Shown in pieces: positions 1 through 9,816 of a DNA stretch of 64,000 bases. The notes under the pieces were generated by a model. That model was not told where the DNA came from. It saw only the letters and a list, made by a program, of their open reading frames with translations, and searched no databases. How positions within the stretch are numbered: the first letter of the stretch is position 1; each line of letters starts with the position of its first letter. Made by a program: the position numbers and the translations under genes. The stretch comes from Planctomycetota bacterium (GTDB lineage Bacteria > Planctomycetota > MHYJ01 > WSZJ01). Where the stretch lies: assembly GCA_038060895.1 (NCBI GenBank), contig JBBTCT010000005.1:5713-69712 (forward strand). Reading direction: 5' to 3'.

Positions 1-159
1 GCCTTCGAGGTCGGTGATGGTGACGTGGGTGTTGTTGAAGGAAGCGTAGACGTGCGCGATCGCCTTCTGGACGACGCGCTTGACCTTGCGGCGCTTGGGC
101 GCCGCGGCCGGCTTCTCGTCCTTCTTCTCTTCCTTCTTTTCCTTCTTTTCGTCGGCCAT
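1..159 (-). CDS. rpsK: 30S ribosomal protein S11 (N-terminal part; runs off the window start)
   Basis: Manual translation gives [53 protein letters not shown], with the uS11 motif [10 protein letters not shown]. It follows rpsM. Confidence 0.95.
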   Translation of the reverse strand, partial: MADEKKEKKEEKKDEKPAAAPKRRKVKRVVQKAIAHVYASFNNTHVTITDLEG

Positions 160-207
160 TCTGTTTCCCGTTCCTCTGTGAAGCCCGGCTCGCGCCGGGC
201 AGTGTCC

Positions 208-591
208 TTAACCCAGCCCCTTCACGGACTTCTTGCCCGCGACCGTCTTCCTCGGCCCCTTGCGGGTCCGCGCGTTTGACCGCGTCCTCTGGCCCCGCAC
301 GGGCAGGCCGCGGCGGTGCCGGAGCCCGCGGTAGCAGTTGATGTCCTTCAGCCGCTGGATGTTCTGGGCGATCTGCCTGCGAAGGGCCCCCTCGACGGCG
401 TAGTTCTTGTCGATGATCGCGTTCAGCCGCGCGAGCTGCTCTTCGGACAGGTTCTTCGTGCGGATCCCCGGGTCGATCCCGACATCCTTCAGGATTTTCA
501 TCGCGAGGGTGTCGCCGATCCCGTAGATGTACCCCAGGCCGATCGAAATCGGCTTGTCCATCGGCACGTCAACGCCGGCAATACGGGGCAT
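208..591 (-). CDS. rpsM: 30S ribosomal protein S13
   Basis: [10 protein letters not shown]...[26 protein letters not shown]. Confidence 0.98.
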   Translation of the reverse strand: MPRIAGVDVPMDKPISIGLGYIYGIGDTLAMKILKDVGIDPGIRTKNLSEEQLARLNAIIDKNYAVEGALRRQIAQNIQRLKDINCYRGLRHRRGLPVRGQRTRSNARTRKGPRKTVAGKKSVKGLG

Positions 592-603
592 CGCGTTCTC
601 CTG

Positions 604-720
604 TTATCCCTGCTTCTGTTTGTGCTTGGCGTCCCGGGAGCAGATCACACGCACGATTCCCCGGCGCTTGATGATCTGGCAACCTTCGCAAATCCGCTTC
701 ACGCTCGCTCTGACCTTCAT
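604..720 (-). CDS. rpmJ: 50S ribosomal protein L36 (zinc-ribbon type), too short for the ORF track
   Basis: Manual translation gives [38 protein letters not shown]. It sits in the canonical infA-rpmJ-rpsM position. Confidence 0.97.
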   Translation of the reverse strand: MKVRASVKRICEGCQIIKRRGIVRVICSRDAKHKQKQG

Positions 721-722
721 GG

Positions 723-944
723 CTAGTGCTCCCTGTACACGATCCGCCCCTTCGACAGGTCGTAAGGACTCATCTCCACCGTGACCTTGTCCCCAGGCAG
801 GATCTTGATGTAGTTCATGCGCATCTTCCCGCTGATGTGGGCCAGAACCTCGTGGTTCGTGCCCTTCAGCATGATCCGGAACATCGCGTTTGGAAGCGCT
901 TCCTTGACGGTTGCTTCCACACGGATGGGTTCTTCCTTCGCCAT
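723..944 (-). CDS. infA: Translation initiation factor IF-1
   Basis: [22 protein letters not shown]...[36 protein letters not shown]. Confidence 0.98.
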   Translation of the reverse strand: MAKEEPIRVEATVKEALPNAMFRIMLKGTNHEVLAHISGKMRMNYIKILPGDKVTVEMSPYDLSKGRIVYREH

Positions 945-972
945 TAGTACCTTTCTCTCCGTCGTTCCTTGT

Positions 973-1731
973 CTACGCCACGGTCAGGATGTCGGGCCCG
1001 TTCGCCGTCACGGCGATGGTGTGCTCGAAGTGGGCGGACAGCTCGCCGTCCTTCGTCACCACGGTCCAGTTGTCTTTCAGGGTCGTCACGTCGTAATGGC
1101 CGACGTTCAGCATCGGCTCGATCGCGATCACCAGGCCTTCCTTCATGAGCGGGTCGTTCCCCCGCGTCAGCGCGTCCACGTAGTTCGGGACCTGCGGTTC
1201 CTCGTGCAGGTCCCTTCCCAGCCCGTGCCCCGCAAACTTCCGGACCACGGTATAACCGTTCGATTCCGCGTAGTTCTGCACGGCGCGCGAAACCTCCGAC
1301 AGGCGGCGGCCGGCGCGGACCTGTTCGATGGCGAGGAAGAGAGCGTCCTTCGTCGCCTTGAGCAGCCGCTGGGCCTTGGTCGAGATCCGTCCGACGGGCC
1401 ACGTCCACGCGGTATCGCCGATATATCCGTCGAGGGTGACGCCGACATCGACGGTCACGATGTCCCCCTCCTTCAGCGCCCGCGGGCCGGGAATCCCGTG
1501 AACTACCTCCTCGTTGACGGAAATGCACGCCGACGCGGGGAAATTCCTGTACCCCTTGAACGTCGGAACGCCTCCGAACGATCGGATGTATTTCTCGATC
1601 TCCGCGTCCAGCTCTCCAGTTGTCACTCCAGGCTTGATCAAGCTCGCCGCAAGTGCGAGCGTTCCGGCCGCGACCTTGCCCGCCGCGCGCATCTTTTCGA
1701 TCTCACGCGGACTCTTGAGGATGATGCTCAC
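973..1731 (-). CDS. map: Methionine aminopeptidase type I
   Basis: Motifs [14 protein letters not shown]...GDTA, GHGLG..LHEEP, IAIEPM, SAHFEHT. The GTG start overlaps the adk stop (GTGA). Confidence 0.96.
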   Translation of the reverse strand: MSIILKSPREIEKMRAAGKVAAGTLALAASLIKPGVTTGELDAEIEKYIRSFGGVPTFKGYRNFPASACISVNEEVVHGIPGPRALKEGDIVTVDVGVTLDGYIGDTAWTWPVGRISTKAQRLLKATKDALFLAIEQVRAGRRLSEVSRAVQNYAESNGYTVVRKFAGHGLGRDLHEEPQVPNYVDALTRGNDPLMKEGLVIAIEPMLNVGHYDVTTLKDNWTVVTKDGELSAHFEHTIAVTANGPDILTVA

Positions 1732-2378
1732 AACAGTCTCTTTGCCCTGCCGAGCACGTCCGCGGAAATCGCCTCGATCGGCCGGTTCGCGTCGATCGCC
1801 GCGTACGTCCCTGTTTTTCTGTAGTGTTCGCCCACGCCTGCCGTGTCTTTCCTGTAGACCTCGAGTCTCGCTTTCACCGTCTCCGGCTTGTCGTCGGAAC
1901 GCTGAACGAGCGTCCCGCCGCACTTCTCACACAACTCGCCCTTCCCCGACGGCCGGAACTTCACGTGATACGCCGCCTGGCACTTCCCGCACGTCCGACG
2001 CCCGCTGATCCTCTCCACCAGGACGGCGTCCGGCGCCTGGAAATCGAACACCAGCGCGATCCGCCGGCCCAGCACCTTCATCGTGCCGTCCAGCGAGACC
2101 GCCTGGACTCCCGTCCGCGGGTAGCCGTCGAACAGCACGCCAGCCTCCGCGTCTTTCCTCTCCAGCCTCTCGCGGACCAGCCGGTTCACCACCTCGTCCG
2201 GAACCAGGTTGCCCGCGTCCATGTAAGTCTTCGCTTCCAGCCCCGTCTTCGTCCCTTCCTTCACCGCAGCCCTCAGGATGTCCCCCGTCGCCACGTGCGC
2301 GAGGGTCATCTCGCGCGCGACTTGCGCCGCCTGCGTCCCCTTGCCGACGCCGGGCGGTCCGAGGAACACCAGGTTCAT
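1728..2378 (-). CDS. adk: Adenylate kinase with zinc-binding LID
   Basis: P-loop GPPGVGKGTQA, DGYPRT, LID CGKC...CEKC, RSDD. Confidence 0.97.
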   Translation of the reverse strand: MNLVFLGPPGVGKGTQAAQVAREMTLAHVATGDILRAAVKEGTKTGLEAKTYMDAGNLVPDEVVNRLVRERLERKDAEAGVLFDGYPRTGVQAVSLDGTMKVLGRRIALVFDFQAPDAVLVERISGRRTCGKCQAAYHVKFRPSGKGELCEKCGGTLVQRSDDKPETVKARLEVYRKDTAGVGEHYRKTGTYAAIDANRPIEAISADVLGRAKRLL

Positions 2379-3721
2379 CACCGCCTCCCGCGAATGCGGC
2401 CTTTCTTCATGAAGCCTTCGTACTGCCGCATCAAGAGGTAGCTTTCGATTTTCTGCATCATGTCCATCCCGACGCCGACCACGATCAGGATGCCGGTGCC
2501 GCCCAGGAACGAAGTGATGATCCGGTCGACGTTAAGGAGCTGGGCGGCGAGGTCGGGAAGCAGGGCGATGAGGCAGAGGAACGTGGCGCCGACCAGCGTG
2601 ACGCGCGTCATGACGTGCTCCAGGTGCTCGGCCGTTTTGCGTCCCGGCCGGATCCCCGGCACGAACGACCCGTATTCCTTCAGGTTGTTCGCCATCTCGG
2701 TCGGCTGGAAGAAAAGCGCCGTCCAGAAGAACGTGAAGAAGAACACGAGGGTGACGTACATCGTCGAATAGATGAAGCCGTACCGGCTGAAGATGTCCTT
2801 CCCTGTCTGCCAGCCGACCGCAGTGCAAAGCATGTTGGGGAGCACCATGATCGACGAGGCGAAGATCACGGGCATGACGCCCGCCTGGTTCACCTTGAGC
2901 GGCAGGTAATGCTTCTGGCCGCCGTACATCCGGCGACCCTTCATGTGCTTCGCATGCTGCACCGGGATACGCCGCTGCGCCTGCGTGGTGAAAACGATCG
3001 CGACGACGACCAGCGTGTAGAGCAGCGCCAGGATGATCGGGGTCTCGATGCCCATCCCGCCCGTCTTGATCTGCGCCTGGATCTCCATGTACGCCTGCGG
3101 CATGCGGCCGACGATGCCGGTCATGATGAGGACTGAAGCGCCGTTCCCGATGCCGTGCTCGGTGATCTGGTCGCCGAGCCACATGACGATCATCGTGCCC
3201 GCCAGCAGGGCGAGGACGCCGGGGATGTAGAAGCTGAAGAACCCGGGGTCGGGGACGAGCACACCGCCGCCCATCTGGTTCCCCTGGGACGAGCCCAGGT
3301 ACTTCACGAGGAACACCGCCTGTACAAGACAGATCGGGATCGTCGACAGGCGCGTCCAGTTGGCGATTTTCCGCGTCCCGCTGGGCCCTTCTTTCGCGAT
3401 GGCCTCCAGCCTCGGCACGACTTTGGTCAGAAGCTGGAAAATGATGCTCGCGCTGATGTACGGCATGATGCCCAGCGACAGGATCGACATGTTGCTGAAG
3501 GCGCCGCCGGAAAACACGCTCAACCATCCCAGGAGTCGCCCCGCCGCGCTGGGGTCGTCGGAACCCTTCATCAGCGTCGCCAGGACCTTCAGGTCCACTC
3601 CGAGAAGCGGGACGTACGAGCCGAAGCGGAACGCGGCCAGGATTCCGAAGGTAAAGAGCACCCTTCTCCGGAGTTCCGGGATCGAAAAGATGTTCCTGAT
3701 GACTTCGAAGAATCGGCTCAC
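2378..3721 (-). CDS. secY: Preprotein translocase subunit SecY
   Basis: LGIMPYISASII, GIGNGASVLI, GVMPVIFAS, PGIRPG, GGTGILIVVGV; about 10 hydrophobic segments. Confidence 0.98.
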   Translation of the reverse strand: MSRFFEVIRNIFSIPELRRRVLFTFGILAAFRFGSYVPLLGVDLKVLATLMKGSDDPSAAGRLLGWLSVFSGGAFSNMSILSLGIMPYISASIIFQLLTKVVPRLEAIAKEGPSGTRKIANWTRLSTIPICLVQAVFLVKYLGSSQGNQMGGGVLVPDPGFFSFYIPGVLALLAGTMIVMWLGDQITEHGIGNGASVLIMTGIVGRMPQAYMEIQAQIKTGGMGIETPIILALLYTLVVVAIVFTTQAQRRIPVQHAKHMKGRRMYGGQKHYLPLKVNQAGVMPVIFASSIMVLPNMLCTAVGWQTGKDIFSRYGFIYSTMYVTLVFFFTFFWTALFFQPTEMANNLKEYGSFVPGIRPGRKTAEHLEHVMTRVTLVGATFLCLIALLPDLAAQLLNVDRIITSFLGGTGILIVVGVGMDMMQKIESYLLMRQYEGFMKKGRIRGRR

Positions 3722-3733
3722 GGGTTACCTCGG

Positions 3734-4393
3734 CTACTCCTTCTTTCCGCCCGGGGGCTTGCCGCCCTCGGGTTTATGGCCTTCCGCCTTCTTCTCCTTC
3801 GGCGGGAATCCTCCCGGCTTGCCGGCTTGCGGCGCCCCTGCGGGCTTCGCGACCTTCTCCTTCTTCTCCGGTTTCCCGGAGGCTCTCTTCGGCTTCTCGT
3901 GCTTCGGTCCGGCCGGCTTGACGTACTTCTTCTCCGGGCCGGGCTGCGCGTCAATCCATTCGAACTTCCCGCCCGCCTTCGTGATCTTCTCCATCGCCGA
4001 CTTCGAGAAGCGGTGCGCCTTGATCGTCACGGGCCCCTTCAGCTCGCCTTCGCCCAGGATCTTGATTCCGTCCTGGATCGAGTTCACAAGTCCTTCCGCC
4101 AGCAACCGGGCCGGGTCGAACGGTTTCGCCGTGTCGTGCCCCACGAGATCGCGCAGGTTCAGCGTCGCGTAGACCTTGCGGAACGTGAAATTCGAGAAGC
4201 CGCGCTTCGGCAGCTTGCGGACGAGGGGCATCTGGCCGCCCTCGAAGTAGTACTTGGAGTGCCAGCCGGAGCGGGCGCTCTGGCCCTTGCCGCCGCGGCC
4301 GCAGGTCTTGCCCTTGCCGGAGCCGAGGCCGCGTCCGACCCGCTTGTCCTTCTTCCGGTCGACGTGGATGGTGTGAGCCTGGGTCAGGTTCAT
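3734..4393 (-). CDS. rplO: 50S ribosomal protein L15 with a long Lys/Pro/Gly/Glu-rich C-terminal tail
   Basis: RVGRGLGSGKGKTCGRGGKGQSAR, FEGGQMPLVRKLPKRGF, KILGEGEL. The ATG at 4393 overlaps the rpsE TGA. Confidence 0.96.
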   Translation of the reverse strand: MNLTQAHTIHVDRKKDKRVGRGLGSGKGKTCGRGGKGQSARSGWHSKYYFEGGQMPLVRKLPKRGFSNFTFRKVYATLNLRDLVGHDTAKPFDPARLLAEGLVNSIQDGIKILGEGELKGPVTIKAHRFSKSAMEKITKAGGKFEWIDAQPGPEKKYVKPAGPKHEKPKRASGKPEKKEKVAKPAGAPQAGKPGGFPPKEKKAEGHKPEGGKPPGGKKE

Positions 4394-4890
4394 ACGACGG
4401 CGACTCCTCTCTCGGCCTCGACGCCCTTCTTGGAACGGAGCAGCCGAAGCCCCTCGAACACGGCCTTGACCACGTTCGTCGGGTTGGTGGACCCGAATAC
4501 TTTCGTCAGGATGTCCTTCACGCCGGCCAGCTCCATGACCGCACGGACGGGCGCGCCCGCGATGATTCCGGTTCCGGGACACGCCGGGCGGAGCATGACG
4601 ATCGAAGCGCACGACTTCGCCTTGATCGTGTGCGGGATCGTGGTCCTCACGACCGGCACGTTGATCATGTTCTTGCGCGCATCCTTGATCGCCTTCTCCA
4701 CGGCAAACGGGACTTCCTTCGCCTTGCCATGGCCGAAGCCCACGTTGCCCTTGCGGTCCCCGACCACGACGAGCGCCGCGAACGAGAAGCGCTTGCCGCC
4801 CTTCATCACCTTGGCGCAGCGCTTCACTTTCACGACGATCTCGTTGGATTCGGCTTTTTCGGCGTTTCTGTCGCGGTTCGGGCGTGCCAT
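4390..4890 (-). CDS. rpsE: 30S ribosomal protein S5
   Basis: KVMKGGKRFSFAALVVVGD, GTGIIAGAPVRAVMELAG, GSTNPTN. Confidence 0.97.
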   Translation of the reverse strand: MARPNRDRNAEKAESNEIVVKVKRCAKVMKGGKRFSFAALVVVGDRKGNVGFGHGKAKEVPFAVEKAIKDARKNMINVPVVRTTIPHTIKAKSCASIVMLRPACPGTGIIAGAPVRAVMELAGVKDILTKVFGSTNPTNVVKAVFEGLRLLRSKKGVEAERGVAVV

Positions 4891-4916
4891 GCGTGACCTG
4901 GTTTCCTTGGTACGGG

Positions 4917-5285
4917 TTAGAACTGCAGTCCGGCTTTACGGGCGGCGTCCGCCACGGCCTTCACGCGGCCGTGATACTGGAAGCCTCCCCGGTCGAACAC
5001 GACCTTCACGACACCCTTCGACTTCGCGCGCTCGGCGATCAGCTGTCCGATCGCGTCGGCGGCCTTGCGGTTGCCGCCGTAACCGGTCTTCGTACGGAAG
5101 TCTTTCTCCGTCGTCGAGGCCGCCGCCAACGTCTTCCCGGCCAGGTCGTCGATCACCTGCACGTAGAGATGCGCCAGCGTCCGGTGCACCGAAAGCCTCG
5201 GCCGTTCCGGAGTTCCGTTCACTTTCTTGCGGACCCGGCGCGCGCGCCGATCCGCCCTGAACTTGACCTTCTGGTGATGCAACAT
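4917..5285 (-). CDS. rplR: 50S ribosomal protein L18
   Basis: [44 protein letters not shown]. Confidence 0.97.
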   Translation of the reverse strand: MLHHQKVKFRADRRARRVRKKVNGTPERPRLSVHRTLAHLYVQVIDDLAGKTLAAASTTEKDFRTKTGYGGNRKAADAIGQLIAERAKSKGVVKVVFDRGGFQYHGRVKAVADAARKAGLQF

Positions 5286-5327
5286 GTCGGTTTCCTTTTT
5301 GCAGGCCGCCCCGTCAGGCGCTTACGA

Positions 5328-5873
5328 CTAGCCGCCAGAGACGAAGGTCTTGCCCTGCTTCTTCTTAACGATTTCGTCGGAGTACTTGATTCCCTTCAGG
5401 TTGTACGGCTCCACGGGCCGCACAAACCGGACGTTTGCCGCGAACTGCCCGACCATGTGCTTGTCCGCGCCCAGGACGTTGATGCGCGTCGCGGACGGGC
5501 ACGTCACCGTCAACCCGTCCGGGATCGGCAGTTTCACCAGGTGGCTGAACCCCACCGAAAGGTGAAGCTCCTTCGCCACCAGCTTCACGTTGTAGCCGAC
5601 GCCCGAAATGTCGAGCGTCTTCTCGAAAGGCTTCACGACGCCCGCGACCATGTTGTTGATCGTGGCCCGCGTGAGGCCATGAAGCGCCTTGTCAAACTTG
5701 GAATCCCCCGCACGGCCGCAGACGACCTTCGCGCCGTCCACCTTGACGGTGACGTTCGGGTGCATCTTCCACTCGAGCTTTCCCTTCGGACCCTCGACGC
5801 GGATCGCGGCACCATTCACCGCGACCTTCACGCCGGCCGGGATCTCGACGGGTTTCCTGCCGATTCTGGACAT
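5328..5873 (-). CDS. rplF: 50S ribosomal protein L6
   Basis: MSRIGRKPV, GPKGKL, GFSH, RPVEPYNLKGIKY. Confidence 0.97.
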   Translation of the reverse strand: MSRIGRKPVEIPAGVKVAVNGAAIRVEGPKGKLEWKMHPNVTVKVDGAKVVCGRAGDSKFDKALHGLTRATINNMVAGVVKPFEKTLDISGVGYNVKLVAKELHLSVGFSHLVKLPIPDGLTVTCPSATRINVLGADKHMVGQFAANVRFVRPVEPYNLKGIKYSDEIVKKKQGKTFVSGG

Positions 5874-5902
5874 GGTTTTCTCCCTGCCTACCGGTTCGAC
5901 AC

Positions 5903-5951
5903 GCTTGATTCGGCGGGTCGCGCCCTTCGGACGCGACCCACCGAATCAAGC
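5903..5951. repeat. Long intergenic inverted repeat (REP-like hairpin) between rpsH and rplF
   Basis: GCTTGATTCGGCGGGTCGCG-CCCTTCGGA-CGCGACCCACCGAATCAAGC forms a near-perfect stem of about 20 bp. Confidence 0.75.
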
Positions 5952-5962
5952 TGTCTCACCAT

Positions 5963-6358
5963 TTACCAGACCCTAGCCAGGACTTCTCCGCCCATGTTCG
6001 CCTTCTTTGCTTCCTTGTCCGACTTCACGCCCTTCGGCGTCGAGATGATCTGGATGCCCAGGCCGTCGAGCACCTTGCCGAAATCGTTCACTCCCCTGTA
6101 AATCCGGCAGCCCGGCTTGGAGATGCGCTCGATGTGCTTGAGCGCCTTCTCGCCGCCGAAGCTGTACTTCAGCTTGATCCGCAGGACCCCCTGCGGACCC
6201 GTCTTGAGCTTCGAAAAGTCCTCGATGTAGCCTTCGCGCTTCAGCACCTCGAGCACCGCCACCTTCAGCTTCGAGGCCGGCACGTCGCAGCTCGCGTGCT
6301 TCGCGAGGTTGGCGTTGCGGATGCGCGTCAGGAGGTCGGCAACAGGATCGGTCGTCAT
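5963..6358 (-). CDS. rpsH: 30S ribosomal protein S8
   Basis: MTTDPVADLLTRIRNA, ISKPGCRIY, GLGIQIISTPKGV, GGEVLARVW. Confidence 0.97.
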   Translation of the reverse strand: MTTDPVADLLTRIRNANLAKHASCDVPASKLKVAVLEVLKREGYIEDFSKLKTGPQGVLRIKLKYSFGGEKALKHIERISKPGCRIYRGVNDFGKVLDGLGIQIISTPKGVKSDKEAKKANMGGEVLARVW

Positions 6359-6368
6359 GGTTGTTCCT

Positions 6369-6554
6369 TTACCAGCTGGCTTTCTTGACACCGGGAATCT
6401 CGCCTTTCGAGGCAAGCTCCCGGAAGCAGATACGGCAGATCTGGAACTTGCGGTAGAACCCGCGCCGGCGGCCGCAGATCATGCAGCGGTTGTAGGCGCG
6501 CACCTTGAACTTCTGCGGTTTCTGCTGCTTCAGTCGCCAGGTCAACGGAGGCAT
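6369..6554 (-). CDS. rpsN: 30S ribosomal protein S14, short zinc-binding (type Z) form
   Basis: 61 aa; YNRCMICGR...[10 protein letters not shown]...[11 protein letters not shown]. Confidence 0.96.
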   Translation of the reverse strand: MPPLTWRLKQQKPQKFKVRAYNRCMICGRRRGFYRKFQICRICFRELASKGEIPGVKKASW

Positions 6555-6564
6555 CGGTGTTCCT

Positions 6565-7110
6565 CTATTTCTGCTGCCGGAAGGGAAAGCCGAAGTGCGT
6601 CAGGAGCTCGGCGGAGGCGGCGTCGTCGTTGCCTGTGATCGTCAGCGTGACGTCCATCCCTTGCGTGAACTCCACGTTCTCGAGGTTCACCTCGGGAAAC
6701 GTGATCTGCTCGTGAATGCCGAAGGAATAGTTCCCGCGCCCGTCGAACGATTTCTTCGGCAGGCCTCGGAAGTCCTTGATGCGGGGAAGCACGACCGCGA
6801 TCAGGCGGTCGAGGAACTCGTACATCCGCTTGCCGCGAAGCGTCACCTTGACGCCGATGGCAAGGTCCTCGCGCAGCTTGAAGCCGGCGACCGCTTTCTT
6901 CGAACGCGTCACGATCGGCTTCTGGCCCGCGATGACTTCCATGTCGCGCACCGCGTGCTCGATCCGGTTCTTGTTCTCGATCGCCGAACCCACGCCCATG
7001 TTCAGCGTGATCTTCGCGACCCTCGGGATCGCCAGCACGTTGTCCACGCCGAGCTTTTCCTTCAGCTTCGGCACGATTTCCTTCTGGTACTTCTCCAGGA
7101 GTCTCGCCAT
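6565..7110 (-). CDS. rplE: 50S ribosomal protein L5
   Basis: [42 protein letters not shown]. Confidence 0.97.
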   Translation of the reverse strand: MARLLEKYQKEIVPKLKEKLGVDNVLAIPRVAKITLNMGVGSAIENKNRIEHAVRDMEVIAGQKPIVTRSKKAVAGFKLREDLAIGVKVTLRGKRMYEFLDRLIAVVLPRIKDFRGLPKKSFDGRGNYSFGIHEQITFPEVNLENVEFTQGMDVTLTITGNDDAASAELLTHFGFPFRQQK

Positions 7111-7112
7111 GG

Positions 7113-7436
7113 CTACTTGCCCTCGCCCAGCGGTTTCTTGCACTTCGCGCAAATGCGCGTCTTCGCTTTTTCCGTCACCAGGTACTTCACGCGCGTCGGC
7201 TTCGAACAGGCGGGACAGATCACCATAAGCTTCGACATCGGGATCGGCGCTTCCTTCTGCACCCGCGCCCCGTGCGGATAGTCCTGCGACCGGCGCAGGT
7301 GCTTCCACACCATGTTCCGGCCCTGTACAAGGGCCATCCCCTTGCCGCCGATGATCTTCACCACGCGGGACGGCTCCTTGTCGGAGTCCACCCCCGCAAG
7401 CAACTTCACGCGATCGTTCTTCAGGATGTGGCTCAT
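7113..7436 (-). CDS. rplX: 50S ribosomal protein L24
   Basis: Lies between rplN and rplE; [10 protein letters not shown]...[21 protein letters not shown]. Confidence 0.93.
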   Translation of the reverse strand: MSHILKNDRVKLLAGVDSDKEPSRVVKIIGGKGMALVQGRNMVWKHLRRSQDYPHGARVQKEAPIPMSKLMVICPACSKPTRVKYLVTEKAKTRICAKCKKPLGEGK

Positions 7437-7801
7437 TAGACGACCTCCGCCGCCAGCGAAATGATCTTCATGAACTTCGCACGCAACTCTCTCGGTACCG
7501 CGCCGAAAATGCGCGTCCCGCGGGGATTCAGTTCGGCATCCAGCAGCACGATTGCGTTCTTGTCGAAGCGGACATAGCTGCCGTCCGCGCGTCCGAGAGG
7601 GCGCACCGTCCGCACGACCACGCCCTTCACGATCTCGCCCTGCTTCACTCCGCCGCCCGGCGTCACCTTCTTCGCCGACCCGATCACGACGTCCGCAATG
7701 TGCGCGTACCGGCGCCTCGTCCCGCCCAGCACCTTGATGCACTGGACGATCTTCGCCCCCGTGTTGTCCGCGCAGTCCAGTTTCGTCTTCATCAAAATCA
7801 T
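7436..7801 (-). CDS. rplN: 50S ribosomal protein L14
   Basis: [46 protein letters not shown]. Confidence 0.98.
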   Translation of the reverse strand: MILMKTKLDCADNTGAKIVQCIKVLGGTRRRYAHIADVVIGSAKKVTPGGGVKQGEIVKGVVVRTVRPLGRADGSYVRFDKNAIVLLDAELNPRGTRIFGAVPRELRAKFMKIISLAAEVV

Positions 7802-7803
7802 GG

Positions 7804-8253
7804 CTACTTCTCCTTACCCTTGGCGGGCGCCTCAGCCTTCGCGGGAACCGCCGCGGCCGGCTTCTCGCCCTTCTTCTTCCCCTTCTGCCCGCCCTTCGCC
7901 TTGCTCACGTCCGCCGTGTCCATCGCGCCCGTCACCGTCGCCAGCTGCGACTTGCGCACCACGCGCACCAGCCGCCATCTCTTCGTCTTCGAAAGCGGCC
8001 GCGTCTCGACGATCTCCACGAGGTCCCCCAGCTTCACCTCGCTCTTCTCGTCGTGCGCCTTGTACACCGTCTGCCGCGTGAGCTGCTTCTCGTACTTCCC
8101 GTGCTTCACCACACGGTCCGCGGAGACCGCGATCGTCTTCATCATCTTTGTTGAAGTGACGATCCCGATCACCACTTTCCGCCGGCCGCGGTCAGAGTCC
8201 GCCGCCGTTCCGGCCGCCGCAGGGGCCGCCGCTTTCACCGCTTCGACTGCCAT
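7804..8253 (-). CDS. rpsQ: 30S ribosomal protein S17 with Ala/Lys/Pro-rich terminal extensions
   Basis: [48 protein letters not shown] Shine-Dalgarno precedes the ATG at 8253. Confidence 0.95.
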   Translation of the reverse strand: MAVEAVKAAAPAAAGTAADSDRGRRKVVIGIVTSTKMMKTIAVSADRVVKHGKYEKQLTRQTVYKAHDEKSEVKLGDLVEIVETRPLSKTKRWRLVRVVRKSQLATVTGAMDTADVSKAKGGQKGKKKGEKPAAAVPAKAEAPAKGKEK

Positions 8254-8411
8254 GTCCCGTTCCTCTTCCGTTTCTGAACCCGACCGTAAAACGACGAAAA
8301 GGGCGCCTCGCCTGAAGCCCTGCCTTCGGGTCTCAGGCGGCGCCACGTCCGTAGCTGCACGCCGTCATTCCGGCGGCCTTCCGGACGGGTCCCAAACTTT
8401 GGGGAGGGAGG

Positions 8412-8439
8412 AGTATAGGGAGAAGCGGATTCGGGTCAA
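8412..8439 (-). promoter_or_regulatory. Sigma70-type promoter of the rpsQ-spc-alpha operon
   Basis: Minus strand: TTGACC (8439-8434), 16 nt, TATACT (8417-8412). About 150 nt of structured leader follows before rpsQ. Confidence 0.75.
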
Positions 8440-8503
8440 GGGAAAAGGGGGAAATTGAGGGCGCGGGGCGCAGCGCGGCATTCAATTTGAGACAGGACCC
8501 CGA

Positions 8504-9721
8504 TTAGCGAAGGGCGGCCTGGGCCTGCCGGCGGCAGCGCGCTGCGGAAACCTTCGCCTGTTGGCTGCGCTCCTCAAGCTGCGGTTCGTACGGCATCCAC
8601 CGCAGCTGAATGGCTATCTCGTCGTGGAGGTAGGCCGCTGCCTCGAAATCCCCGCACCCTTCTGCGCGCCGGGCCATTCGATCAAGGCGAAGCACGCTGG
8701 AAACGGCGCGCTGAACCCGTGCATTCCATTCGTCGGACGCGCATAGCGGCTCCCAATCTTGAAGCGACCGAAGCGCGGATCGAAGACGAAGCGTCGCGGC
8801 TGCGTCAGGCTCGATCCACAGCGCCAGATCCAGATCGGACTCGGCCTCTCCACGCTCCATGGAAAATATGCGCGCACGGGCGACGGACCTGACGAGCTCG
8901 GCGACCCGATGCCTGGTGGCATGGCTCGCCGGCTCGAATGCGAAGCGCTGCGAGCGCGGGAAGCTCTTCCGCAAAGAGGTGGAGTGAGCCTGCCGGTCCT
9001 GGCTCGCCGACGCGGGATCGGGTCGGGGCTCGTCGCCCAGGAACCTGCACGACTCTGCCTGGAGACGCGTTACCTGCCTTGACAGTCGCCCCGCGGAATC
9101 AGTTTCGCCGGCCCAACCTTCGAACGCGAACTCGAAGGCGATTGAGGCCGCGTCAAAGTCGCCGTTGGACATCGCCCGAGTGCCGCGCTCTCGCCACTCG
9201 GTCATCACCCTGCCCTGGGTCGCTTCCGCTGCAAGCTGGGGAACTCGGGCCGCGCGCGCGGCGGCGAGCTCAAGCTTCTTCTCTGCTTCGGGCCATTCCC
9301 CCCGCTCCAGAAGTGTGGAGATCTCCTGCATCTGCTGGCTGAGTTCGACCCGGAGTTGCGCGAGTTGTACCTGGATCGAGGTTCCCCAGTCGTTGCGGAG
9401 CCCGCTCGCCCTTTGGCGGCTCTCGTTGAGCCTGAGGCGCATGATTTTCTCGTGTAGTTCCGGGATCTCCACAATTGAAGGATCGAGTCGGCGAGCCTCG
9501 TCGAGGAGTTCAAGGGCCAGCCCGAACCGCTTCGCTTCCATTGCCGTCTTCGCGAGATCGTAGCGCTCAAGCGCCGACTGACTGGAGGTCGGGGAACGAT
9601 TCGTACTGCGGCCCGAACCGGGATCTACGGCGGATGCGGCAATCGGTGCGTGCCGTTCCGCGGCGCGGCAGCCCGCGGCTGCCAGCGGAAGAAGCAGAGC
9701 CAACACCAGGGGCCTGGGCAT
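8504..9721 (-). CDS. Hypothetical lipoprotein with TPR-like helical repeats
   Basis: Lipobox-like LPLAAAGC; TPR-like segment ALERYDLAKTAMEAKRFGLALELLDEARRLDP; TAGAAT box 6 nt before the ATG. Confidence 0.6.
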   Translation of the reverse strand: MPRPLVLALLLPLAAAGCRAAERHAPIAASAVDPGSGRSTNRSPTSSQSALERYDLAKTAMEAKRFGLALELLDEARRLDPSIVEIPELHEKIMRLRLNESRQRASGLRNDWGTSIQVQLAQLRVELSQQMQEISTLLERGEWPEAEKKLELAAARAARVPQLAAEATQGRVMTEWRERGTRAMSNGDFDAASIAFEFAFEGWAGETDSAGRLSRQVTRLQAESCRFLGDEPRPDPASASQDRQAHSTSLRKSFPRSQRFAFEPASHATRHRVAELVRSVARARIFSMERGEAESDLDLALWIEPDAAATLRLRSALRSLQDWEPLCASDEWNARVQRAVSSVLRLDRMARRAEGCGDFEAAAYLHDEIAIQLRWMPYEPQLEERSQQAKVSAARCRRQAQAALR

Positions 9722-9816
9722 CCACAGATTCTACCCTTCGTCGTTCGGAACGGTATCGCAACTCCGGGCGTCCACCTAATGCGCTCAGAACCTCCGGCCC
9801 GTAACGATTGGTGCAT

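Noticed and set aside
183-200. GC hairpin between rpsM and rpsK as a terminator
   Set aside because: There is no U-tract on the coding strand and it lies inside an operon, so it is at most a stabilising or pause hairpin.
8281-8400. tRNA or known riboswitch in the rpsQ leader
   Set aside because: I could not recognise a cloverleaf, T-loop or riboswitch consensus. It is kept only as a candidate ribosomal leader.
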